Of a DNA stretch of 64,000 bases, positions 53,076 through 64,000 are shown piece after piece. The DNA comes from Callorhinchus milii (taxonomy: Eukaryota). Made by a program: the position numbers and the translations under genes. Every line of letters begins with the position of its first letter. Position 1 is the stretch's first letter. The stretch lies in the NCBI RefSeq assembly GCF_018977255.1, contig NW_024704751.1, forward strand, positions 868,001-932,000, in the 5' to 3' direction. A model generated the notes under the pieces. That model did not search any database. It was not told where the DNA came from and saw only the letters and a program-made list of their open reading frames with translations.

Positions 53076-55934
53076 TAAATGCAAGTTGTTGTTGAATTGT
53101 AGTTTTAAGTGAGACCAGTTTATCTGCCGCCTTCTAGGTTAGAATTAGATGGTTACTAATCACCCTTTTAGCATCTGGCGCAAGTCACCATTATCTGGGT
53201 GAGCATCAACCCCACATCTAGTACAGTAATAATCCTTGTATTTGATATAGCGCCTTATCACGTCTTCGAGACGTCTGAAAGTGCTTTAATGATTGGAAAG
53301 CATTGGCCAGCTGGACTGGTCTCCACAGAGAGGTTTTTACATTCCAAATCACCTCTGCAGTATCGGGGATCAAATCTAAGCCTGATCCGAGATCAGTGGT
53401 ACAAGAATAAGTTGCACCAAGGTCAGAGACCACAACCAAAGTGCAAAGATTTCTTTGAAGTTGAACCTTATTACAAGAAACACACAGAAGAAACCATAGT
53501 TTACAGCACTTTCCCATTTTTTTTTCTTTCTCTAAACACAAATACATGAACAAACCGCATACAAACAGAGGTTTGTGATTGAGATGGTCGTGTGCTGAAA
53601 CGGTAAATGATGCTCAGAGGCAGGAAAAGCCTCCACAATGAATGATTTCTTCGCTTTTTTAAAAAATGTATTATTTCTTTGACTTATTTTAAACCAAGCT
53701 CAGTTTTCTTTTTCTCGTTTTTCAATGTTAACAGTTTGAGCTTTTCGGACAAGCGAGAGATAGGGGGAAGAGCAAACATGGCCTTTTGGGGAAAACAATA
53801 TAAGGTTTGTTTGGGAAGGTGCAGGTTCTGTGTCGAAAAATGTTTCGCATTCCACCATATTGTAATTATTACACTCCAGAACAATACAGCTCACACAACC
53901 AGGCCTCAAATTGGCCTGACAAGACTGACAAGCCATTTAGCAATAGATCAGTCAACAACGATAGTCGACAGTGGGTTTATGTCCAATCCCATATGTGGTT
54001 TTGATTTTTTTATGTATTCATTTACTAAAGACCACCGATACTCACCAGACCAAGCTCATCTACAATATAGTCCTGTGCAGCTGCTTCCCACAGACAGACT
54101 CCAACAGATACCCGTGTATTTATATAGTTTTTTTGGTGGAATGTTGGTGTTAGAAGCAAATCAAGAAGGTTTTACTTGGGTACCAACAGGGTCATTTATC
54201 CTTTACCCAAAACATCCTCCACCCTAGGTAAGGAAAGAACAGTTGTACAGAAAGGCTGCTGTTGGCTCCAAGTGGTTATATCTCACTAAGTAAAAAAAAA
54301 GGTCTATCCTCATGACAAGAGTGATGACTAGATTAAAGTCAACCACAGTGATTTTGGTCTAGCTTCAGTAGCTCCAGATTTGATCATAAATCAGTTTAAA
54401 ATTCAAAACCCTCCTCCCCGACCATGCCATCAGCCACCCCCCTTCCCCTCCCCTCCTTTACCCCCCCAACCCCAGCTCGGGTCGGATGCTGTACTCTGTC
54501 CAGCGCCTTGGGATGTCCTCCCGACGTGAAAGGCACTATACAAATGTAATCTTGTTGATGTTGTTGTTTCCTATTGAAGTTAACAGCCACTTTGGGATGT
54601 ATAGAGGCTGTCCCCGTAACCATCAGAGGGACTGAGGTGGGAAATGCAGACCCCAAATCTATGTTTAAAAATATTACCTAAAGGTTTATGAAGCTTTGCC
54701 AGTAGTACTCAGTGTCGGCTTCTTGGATTGATGTACAATGCTAAAATGCAAATGTAGTGACTCATGTGAAGAATTGGCTTAAGCAGACTGATATTTATCC
54801 TGTGTGCCAAGATCTTCCATTGTGAAGTGAATTTGGCAGCATAGCACAAGATCATGTAAAATTAAGCATCTGGAAGATCAGTACATTCACAAATAAGGTA
54901 TTATGATCTTTTAAAAAAAAGCCCTGCATATTCACATTCTACTTCTGTGAAAACCTGGCAAGGAAGTATTGAAATTTTATGATGCAGTAGAGACCCAGAG
55001 TTATTTAAGAAATAGTTTGATGGTTTAAAGGAAGCCGGTAAGATGAGTATTCTAGAAGGATTCAGATCAAAGGATTCTTCATCAGAACCTGTCTGAATAA
55101 TAATCCTTGCATTTGATAGAGACCTGCACTTTTTTTAAACACACTGTAGGAATCAGTGGATTTCTTGTCTCAGCATCAAAATGTCACAAAGCACGTCAGA
55201 AGATTTACTGTGAAGTATAGTTACTAGGCATTTTATAGGCAACCTCTTCCAGCTCTTCCAAAATTGGCCCTAGCAATCATGTTTCTACCAAACACGTCCT
55301 GCAATATAAATTTATCATGTGCAATTTAAAAATCATGAGTGGAATCGGCAAAAGGACGTATTGTATTGTAGAAAAGCACTGAGTTCAAATAAAAACTTAG
55401 AACAATCTCAAATGTGATCTTGTGAGTCACATTGCAACTCAATGCAAATCTAGAGAAATGTAACATTAAACATGGTCAGAACGTTTTAAGAAATCAGGTG
55501 TCTCAAACAGAAATGTGACCTGCATAGTTATTTTAAGTACATACTATAGCAGTGGAAATCTCGCCTTTTTAAAAACCTGTACAGCTGAGCTTTTTTAACT
55601 AATAATAATAATCCTTGCATTTGATATACTGCCTTATCAGGTCATTGCGACGTCTCAAAGCACTTCATGGAATATACTGTAAAGTGAATTGACTGTGTAA
55701 TTTCTGGGTGAAACGCAGCAGGCAATTGCACACAGCAGTGTCCCATAAACAGTCATGGATTGAATTACCAAATTATTATTTTTTAATTCAAACAATATTC
55801 TTGGAGTGCAAAACTCTGAACAGGAATTAATGTCAGCTCAGCAACCAGTCACACTATTTCATTACCCACTGACTTCTGGTATGTTTGCAAAAGGCTTTTT
55901 ATGCTGCAGTGCTTCTGTGTGTGCAGCACCATTA

Positions 55935-56272
55935 TAATAATATTAATACTTGCATTTGATATAGCGCCTTATCATGTCTTTGAGACGTCTCAAAGCACTT
56001 CACAGAATATACTGTAAAGTGAATTGACTATATTTTGTGGGTGAAACGCAGAAGTTAATTGCGTGACCAATTTATTACTTTTTTTTAAGGAATTCTTACC
56101 CCAGGAGAGGTTATAATCGAATAAAACCGGGTTCTTACTATTTCTTGCTAGGTAAACATAGGTGTGTGGAGTAAGGAAACGTTTTACCCAACATTTCACA
56201 CTGCCTGGGAATCAAACCCAGCTCTCTCGCTTGCGAGGCAAGTGTTCTAACCACTGAGCTACAGGACTCCAC
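55935..56272 (-). mobile_element. Same tRNA-derived SINE family, near full length
   Basis: Head at ~56205-56272 and L2-type tail. Confidence 0.85.
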
Positions 56273-56298
56273 CCATTAACAGCAAGGTCAAACAATCT

Positions 56299-57006
56299 AC
56301 AACAACAACAACAACAAGATTCCATTTATAAAGCGCCTTTCACGTCAGGAGGACGTCCCAAGGCGCTGCACAGTTGGGTCATGACCCGAGCAGGGGGGAA
56401 ATGGTCAGGGTGAGGGGAGGGAAGGGAGGGAGCGAGGAGGGGGGAAATGGTCAGGGTGAGGGGAGGGAAGGGAGGGAGCGAGGAGTGGGAAGAGAGTCGA
56501 GAGGGAGCTGAAGGCACGGTCAAAGAGAAAGGTTTGAGACCGGCCTTGAAGGAGGAGAGGGAGGAGGCGGCGAAGGCACTGGGGGATAGAGTTCCAGAGC
56601 CTCGGGGCTGAGAGGCTGAAGGCCCGGCCACCGATGGTAGGGCGGTTGGGGCGGGGGATGTGGAGCAGACCGGAGCCAGAGGAACGGAGGGTACGGGCGG
56701 GTAGGTAGGGGGATAGTAGGTTGGAGAGGTAGGAGGGAGCGAGGCCGTGAATGGCCTTGTAGGTGAGGATGAGGATCTTGAAATCAATCCTCTGGGGGAT
56801 GGGGAGCCAGTGGAGGCGAGCGAGGGCGAGAGTGGGAGTGATGTGGTCGCGGTGTCTGGTGCGGGACAGTACACGAGCTGCAGAGTTCTGAATGACCTGC
56901 AGTGTGGAGGGAGGGCCGGGAAGGCCGACGAGGAGAGAGTTCCCATAGTCCAGCCTTGAGGTGATAAAGGTGTGAACCAGGGTTTCAGCAGCGTGAGGGG
57001 TGAGGT
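56299..57006 (-). mobile_element. L2-clade LINE 3' fragment, young (near-twin of 28966-29593)
   Basis: ORF 56405-57055 encodes AAETLVHTFITSRLDYGNSLL...APRLWNSIP; (GTT)n tail at ~56299-56318. Confidence 0.88.
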
Positions 57007-57322
57007 AATCAAAAAAATTATGGATGAATGAATTTATTAAGCTCCAAGAGTACAACTTGGTTATAACACTGATAAAATCATTATTAATAGAAAAAGCATC
57101 TTAATATTAGCAAGCTATCTAGATCAGCAAGATTTTGATGATTCAAATAATATTTCTATTGGAATGTAATCACTAGGTTCGAAACTTATATTTAGTGTTT
57201 AAATATGCTTGATGATAAATTGTTCCATTAACAGTTTTAAATGTGCCATTAATCTATGATCTCATTGTTTAAATAAAGCACTAAGACACCCGCCTATTCT
57301 CAACATCTTTTCAAAATCCCAG

Positions 57323-57412
57323 TTACTATTTAAGAAATGCCTAGCATACAATTTCACTGACACAAACCTATGTGCCAGTGAAATTGTACACCAGGCATTT
57401 CTTAAATAGTAA
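57323..57412. repeat. 90-bp palindrome/hairpin: 42-bp arms, 6-nt loop, 4 mismatches
   Basis: TTACTATTTAAGAAATGCCTAGCATACAATTTCACTGACACA-aaccta-TGTGCCAGTGAAATTGTACACCAGGCATTTCTTAAATAGTAA. Confidence 0.92.
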
Positions 57413-57987
57413 GCTATGTGACCAAATTGTGCAACGGTCTTTGTTGTTACTTCTGTTTATTGATGTACTATGTTCTCCTCAATAGAACTCTTACAATTCC
57501 CCTCCCTCCTTAAAGGAGCAGATAAAGAGTTACAGGAAAATATGTAATAATTCTACCAGTTGAGGCAGCACCTGGAATGTTGTAACATCTCAATGTGTTT
57601 CACAGGGAAAGGAAAACACCCAACAATTTATACATCTGCCTCGTTTTTTTCCATTGACAGAACGTAAAGAAAACCTTTTCATTTCAGAACATTTCTGTTC
57701 TGCTCAAAGTTCCTGCAATATTAATTTCCTGTGCATTATGCATTATTACATAATACATTTGAAAATAATTGCTGGTGCAGTAAACCTCTTAGCACTTTGC
57801 TAATGCAACAACAAGAAACCCAGATATCCATATTGATGGTATGACTTTTATTCTTAGGCTCACATTGCTCATCAGGGCCAGTGTTCTCTGTGATGCTGTA
57901 ACACGTCCCTGGCGGTTTCCTTATTTATTGAAAGGGGATCAGATTGTCAGGTCGGATGTTTAGTCAGGGCTGTAGATGCAGCTTTAT

Positions 57988-58134
57988 CTAATTGTTTTCT
58001 TCCTGGGATGGTTGTTTTAGCCCATTTTCAGTCAGACCTAAAGTGAGTTCTTCTTGGTTATCATCAAAATCCTGTAGATCTTCCCAAATGGAAAGTCTGT
58101 TCAACCATTGGTTAGGTTCTCCAAACACACATTT
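57988..58134 (-). CDS. Candidate terminal coding exon of an unidentified gene (KCVFGEPNQWLNRLSIWEDLQDFDDNQEELTLGLTENGLKQPSQEENN*)
   Basis: Acceptor tttatgtccttcag, then 48 open codons in phase 0 with a protein-like acidic tail, TAG at 57988-57990 and AATAAA at 57924-57929. Not repeat-like. Protein not recognised. Confidence 0.5.
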   Translation of the reverse strand, partial: KCVFGEPNQWLNRLSIWEDLQDFDDNQEELTLGLTENGLKQPSQEENN

Positions 58135-58504
58135 CTGAAGGACATAAACTCCTTTTCCTTGGAATTCAAAACAAAGAAAAACCTTGAGTTTTGCAGTAAA
58201 ATAGTAGCAACCAAAGTACTTCTAAATCTACAACAGACAACCTATAAATGACACCCAATGTGATACGACGCTATACCAAATGCAAGGTTCATTTTTATTA
58301 TTAAGTGTGATGTAAAAAGCCTACGTTTATGGTGTTAGAGGAAGAGTATGTCCTTCACTTATTATGAAGGATGCTCATTTGGGGTTTTGCTGATCGAACG
58401 GATTTGCATAAAACTACAAATAGAGCTACAGCAAATACATACTTTATTTCCATTTATGTAGAAGAGAATTTGAAGTCTAATAGTCAGATATACAGTACAA
58501 ATAT

Positions 58505-58935
58505 TTATTATTGATAATAATCCTTACATTTGGTATAACGCCTTTAACGTCAGGAGGACGTCCCAAAGTGCTTCACTGGAGATATTGTGAAGTATTTTTT
58601 TACTGTGGGTTTTGTGGACCAATGCGGCATCCAATTTGCAAACTTCCATGAAGCGAATGACCAATTTTATTTGGAGGATTGTTGGCCAAGGCACAAGGAG
58701 AAACTTCCTTCTCTTTTTGAATAGTACCATGGGATTGCTAACATCCACCTGAAAACGCAGACGGGAGCTCGGTTTAACATCACTCAAACATGGCACCTCC
58801 AACAATGCAGTACTCCCCAGGACTGCATTGGAGTGTCATCATAGACTGTATGTGTTCCAGGTCCTGATGTGGGGCTTGAACACACAACCTTCTGACTCAG
58901 CGGTTAAAGTGCTACCAACTGAGACAAGCTGACAT
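58505..58935 (-). mobile_element. Older Deu-domain SINE (SacSINE1/AmnSINE-like), near full length
   Basis: Minus strand: ctcagttggtagcac..ctgagtcagaaggttgtgtgttcaagccccac head, ttggaggtgcc..gttaaaccgag..tcaggtggatgtta..atcccatgg Deu core, L2-type tail. Family name recalled from memory, not searched. Confidence 0.75.
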
Positions 58936-59825
58936 TTACTGCTGTAGTACCACACCAGCATTGAAACTGAAGATGTGCCACCTTAAATACCTTAAGGGCT
59001 GACTGTTTTTTCTTTAAAACAAACGTTATAGCTTTATATCCAGGAATCTGAAGAGCAGGTAACTTTTTCACAAGTAGTAACAGTCCTCCTGTGCATTTCA
59101 AGCTCTTAAGTTTTTTTCAAATCCGCGGGGGGAATCTTGTAAAAACGTTTTTCCAGAGACTTGTTCCACCTAACAAGAGAGAGAGAAGGCATGAAACGAT
59201 CTCCAGTTCTCTATCCAACATGATGCCTGTTCGTGGAATTCATGCGAATAAAACTTTTTCAATTCATAAAATGTGACAGAAGAAAGAGAGAGAGAGAACG
59301 AGAGAGGTCTGCATCTGGAAAGAGAGGCCGGCTACTCCTTTATTATTGCAGCTCATTTTACTCACATTAGAGGCGGACAGTTTCAGACCCACTTCTTCTG
59401 CTAGGAACCTCTCCACACCTCCACTGGCCAGCAGTGCAGAAATATCGGGTACCAGGTGCGAGGCACCATCCCGACTGATCTGCTAAATAGGTTGAGGGAG
59501 GTAAGTGTTAGAATAACTGTAGACAGACTCTGGGGTGGACATTATAACTGTGGACAGTGGGGCGGGGGTGGTGGGGGGGGCGGGGGGGGCTGGGGGTAGT
59601 GTGGGGGGAGGTGCGGGGGGAATCTTGTAATAACTGAAAGATGTGGGGTGGGGGGAGGCCGTATATAGTAATATAAAATAACTGAAAGATGATGGAGAGC
59701 AATTCCATTATCTCCCTGAAATCCGGAGCCATCTCAAAGCCCACTTGCTCACCCTGATATAATAGCCACCTTTGCTCCCTCGAATCCCAAACCTGGATGC
59801 TCGAATGCAGATGGTACAAGCCTCA

Positions 59826-61290
59826 TAGATTCATAGATTCATAGAATGTTACGGCACAGAAGGAGGCCATTCGGCCCATCGAGTCTGTGCGGCTCTTTGA
59901 CAGAGCGTCACTTTCACTGACCCCAATCACCAGCTTTCTCCCCATAACCCCACAAACCCGTCTTCTCCAGATACCTATCCAGTTCTCTCTTAAAAGCTGT
60001 TATTGAATCGGACTTCACTGCCCTTTCAGGCAGATCATTCCAAATTCGAACAACTCGCTGAGTGAAAACATTTCTTCTAACCTCCCCTCTGCTTCTTTTG
60101 GTAAATATCTTAAGACTGTGACCACGGGTCACAGACACACCTACCAGCGGAAACAGCTTTTCCTTATCTATCCTGTCGAAACCTTTCATGATCTTGAAGA
60201 CCTCTATCAGGTCCCCGCGTAACCTTCTCTGCTCTAATGGGAAAAGTCCTAACTTCTCCACTGTCCTCATAGCTAAGGTTCCCCATTCCTGGTATCATTC
60301 TCGTGAATCTCCTCTGCACCCTTTCCAGTGCCTTAATGTCCTTCCTGAGGTAAGGTGCCCAGAACTGGACGCAGTACTCCAGCTGAGGCCTAACCAGTGT
60401 TTTGTACAGATTAACCATAACCCCTACTCTTATACTCTATGCCCCTACTAATAAAGCTCAGTACACCAAATGCCTTTTTTACTGCCTTATCTACCTGCCC
60501 CGCTACCTTTAATGATTCGCTTACTTGAACACCCAGATCTCTCTGTACGTTCACCCCCCTTAAGATTAAGCTCCCAAGCCTATATTGCCTTCTATCATTT
60601 TTCCTACCTAAGTGTATCACCTCACACTTATCCACATTGAAATCCATCTGCCACATGTCAGCCCATTCCACCATTCTGTGTATGTCTGCCTGCAGTTGGC
60701 TACAGTCCTCCTCACTATTTACTACCCTTCCTCACTTTGTATCATCTTGGAAATAGTGCTCTCTATGCCCAAGTCCAGATCATTAATATATATTAGAAAG
60801 AGCAGTGGTCCCAATACCGATCCCTGGGGGACACCGTTGCACACCTCCTTCCATTTCGAGAAACACCCATTAACCACCACCCTCTGCTTTCTGTCACTCA
60901 GCCAGTTCCTAATCCAAACAGCTACTGTCCCCTTAATACAGTGGGCCTCTAATTTTTGTATTAATCTCTTATGTGGTACTGTGTCAAAAGCCTTTTTGAA
61001 ATCCATGTAAATAATGTCCACCGCATTTCCCTCATCAACCCTCGCAGTCACCTCTTCAAAAAATTCTATTAGATTTGTTAGGCAAGATTTGCCTTTAACA
61101 AATCCATGTTGGCTGTCTCTAATTACCTCGTGTTCCTCTAAGTAGAGATTTATTCTGTCCTGGATTACGGTCTCCAGTAGTTTTCCTATTACCGAAGTTA
61201 GGCTGACTGGCCTGTAATTTCCGGGTTTGTCTTTCTGCCCCTTTTTGTAGAGTGGGGTAACATTAGCTACTCTCCAGTCTCTTGGCACCA
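59826..61290 (-). mobile_element. CR1-clade LINE, 5'-truncated ~1.46 kb, reverse transcriptase disrupted
   Basis: ORF pieces [126 protein letters not shown]. Frameshifted and the FADD motif is deleted. 8-bp terminal repeat reads catagatt on +. Confidence 0.93.
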
Positions 61291-63010
61291 TTCCTGTGTC
61301 ACATGGTTCACTCCATGGTTCACTCCATGGTTCACCATCAACTGTGGCTCGAGCACCTGAGTTCCTACCATCTCTCCCTCTCTCAGACCAAATCTGCCGT
61401 TTACTCCAAGACCATTATGGAAGTAAATAATAACCCTAAAGTGTTGTTCTCTACCACCCACCACCTCCGTGCGCCCTCTCAAATACCCTCGATCTTTACC
61501 TCCTGGGCCTTCATATAGTCTCAGAACGCCAGACAATGGTGAAGCATGAACGCCTGACAGTGGTGAAGCAGTGGTGACTGCAGGCCCGGTTGAAGAGTAA
61601 AGTCTTCAGATGCAACCTGAAGATGGGGAAAGACGGGGCAAGGCAGAGGGATTCAGGGAGCGGCTAGCAGACGAAAGCACAGCAACCGATGGTGGAACGG
61701 AGGCCAGGAGGGACAAGCAGGATGCCGGAGCCAGTCAAGCGGAGGGAACGGGTAGTGGGTTGGGGAGTAAGCAGATCAGAGAGGTAGTGAGGTGCCTCAA
61801 AAAACTTGATCACTCAAACCTACCGGCCCATTTCTAGCTTGCCTTTCCTAGCTAAAGTTCTGGAATGTGTTGTTGCAAATCAATTTCACTCACACCTCTC
61901 CCTCCACTCCCTTCTCAAGCTCCTCCAGTCTGGGTTGCACCCTGTTCATAGCACACAGACAGTACGTCAAAGTCACTAATGACATCCTCTCTTTCTGTGA
62001 CCAGGGCTCCTTCTGCCTCCTTGTCCTCCTGAACCTCTCTGCTGCATTCGATCACGCTATCCTCCTCCACTGCCTCTCCTCCAATCATCCAACTCAATGG
62101 GACCCCACTCGCCTGGTTCAAGTCCTTCTTAGTCCACCGCCATTACTTCATTTCCACAAATATTTTTTTCCTCCCACCCCTCACAGTCACCTGCTCCATC
62201 CTTGCTCTGACCTCCTCAATCTCCCCGCCCTATCCCTAAAACTTACCAAACCTGTACAACAGGTTCAACCCCCAGCTGTCCATTCTCCCTACATCCAGTC
62301 CCTAACCAAGTCTACTTTCCTCCACCTCCATTACATTGCATTCCTCCAACCGTACCTCACACCCAATACTTCCACACCGCTCATCCATGGCTTTGTTACT
62401 CCCGCCTCGATTACTCCAAAGCCCTCTTCGCCAGTCACCCCAGCTCCACAACCCACTGACTACAACTGGAATATAAAAAATGCTAGACGAAAAAAAGACC
62501 AAGGTCCACCTAGTTCACCTTCCACCTTCCTGGCGGTCACATGCACAAATGTCCCGAACTACCTGTGTACTATGTATTCCACAATGTTATTTGCCAAAAT
62601 ATCTTAAAATACTGATGCATAACTCCACTGCCCATATCCTCACCCACACTAAACTCCCATCACACCAATCCTCGCCAGGCACCACTGACTCCCTATCACA
62701 GAACGGATCGATTTGAAGATTCCCTCATGTACAATTCCCTTCATGCCCCTATGGGCACCTCCCTACCTTTCTGAGCTTCTTTCTCCCCAACCCACCAAGT
62801 GCTGCCTCGACCGGCTCTGCGTGGCATCCTGATTGTGCATCATGTCCTCCGCTCCACCATGGGTGGCCGCGCTCAGTCACTATGCCCCGAAAACGCTGGG
62901 GCCTCTCCTCTCTTCCGGCGCGTTGCCCTCTCGTTCCCTTCTTTTCGGTGAAGACCTTCCTCCTCAACAGTGTTTACGTTCCCCCATCCTCCTCCTCCCT
63001 CAAGTATATA
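61290..63010 (+). mobile_element. Old fragmented L2-clade LINE with an inverted L2 piece at ~61570-61800
   Basis: Remnants NNPKVLFSTT, FLAKVLECVVANQ, VKVTNDIL..LLVLLNLSAAFD; many stops and frameshifts. Confidence 0.7.
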
Positions 63011-64000
63011 CTGCCTGACAGCCCCGGGGGCTAACAGCTGCTCACCTGGTTGCCCTTTGTGCTCGTCAGGCCAACTGGAAGTGACAAAATGCAGCGACTG
63101 TTTGAAATTTGACCGTTAAAACCGTCGCTTCTGGTTTCAGGAAATGCCTCCTCTTATGGGTGGGTAAGTGGGTGAGGGTTTGATGAAGCACTCACCTAAA
63201 TTGACCACTCTGCTACCCATATGAGGCGATACTATTGGGCTACTTCTGGGCTAGTGCTTGGTGGCCTTGAGCTTCAAACTTATTGTAATTTCTGGCTATC
63301 CTCCCCCCCTCCCATTACCAGAGGAGGGGCTGGACCCCCAGTTGCAAATCAGTAAAGACATCGCAGTCAACTCTCGCTCCACATCTTAGCCGAAAGGTCA
63401 AGGAACAATTTCAACTCGTGGCCATCCCACACGCAATCCACTGCCCCTCTGTTTCCCTAGTGCCACTCTTACCCCTGGCTTCCCATCCGTCTCTCCCTCT
63501 TCCCACAAATGCATATTGTTCCCCTTCCAACAAATGACTCCCACCCCCAGGAAGATCCAGGCACATCCGCTACTCATGACAGGCACATTGGCCGGACCTG
63601 GAGGGTCAGGGATTATTCTCCTTCAACGATTGTTAAACACCAGCCGTTACCCTAATACACACTTTGGGGTCCCCAAGTCATTGTGATAGTTTCCTCACGT
63701 GTCAGACACCCAGCTGTCCAAAATAAAACCTTCCCCAGAGACGTTTTCTCATTTTTACCAGCTGTTCCCTGTCCTCAACTGCACACAAGTATCTCCTGCC
63801 AAGTTCCAAGCTGGTACAGTATTTGCAGCTTGATTGCCAATCTCTACAACTCGCCCAAGCTTTGCTCAGTTCAATTAATCAAAGCGAAAGCATGTTAGGC
63901 TGCTTCAGTTGGGAATGCCTTGAAAGCAACAGATGGGTAAAATAAGAAAATACAGTACATACTAATATAGATTCATGTTCTTATTTTGATAAGACTAAAG

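Noticed and set aside
59826-61290. Active or domesticated reverse transcriptase
   Set aside because: 5'-truncated, frameshifted, and the catalytic FADD motif is deleted.
63046-63074. 29-nt exon-like segment on minus (cacttccag|...CAG|gtgagc) that would join in phase to the 58134 exon (GLTSTKGNQ-KCVF)
   Set aside because: Good splice sites but very short, next to repeat debris and without homology support; worth revisiting only with RNA-seq.

Overview
Vertebrate nuclear DNA, probably from a cartilaginous fish. This is inferred from the shark/chimaera-type Deu-domain SINEs, CR1 and L2 LINE tails and a Penelope-type remnant; the compact introns would fit a holocephalan. I spliced six genes by hand with consistent GT-AG phases: the last 8 coding exons of RABEP1 (+), Aurora kinase B (-, 8 exons, 363 aa), NUP88 (-, 17 exons, with a 1-nt frameshift in exon 7), RPAIN (+, 7 exons, 219 aa), C1QBP (-, 6 exons, 281 aa) and DHX33 (-, 12 exons, 669 aa). 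This is the human RABEP1-NUP88-RPAIN-C1QBP-DHX33 block, except that AURKB sits between RABEP1 and NUP88 and no DERL2 exon was recognised. The last ~14 kb is retroposon-rich and holds a candidate terminal exon of an unidentified minus-strand gene. Most long ORFs in the track come from GC-rich minisatellites or LINE fragments. I cannot demonstrate a new biological system from sequence alone. The strongest leads are promoter minisatellites that multiply transcription-factor motifs (six CCAAT boxes at exact 26-bp spacing for AURKB; 14 X-box-like/GC-box units for DHX33), a ~94%-identical inverted repeat around NUP88 exon 15, a possible recursive splice site at DHX33 exon 2, two candidate RABEP1 microexons, and a 42-bp hairpin whose four mismatches are all G-U pairs on one strand. 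Repeat boundaries are approximate.
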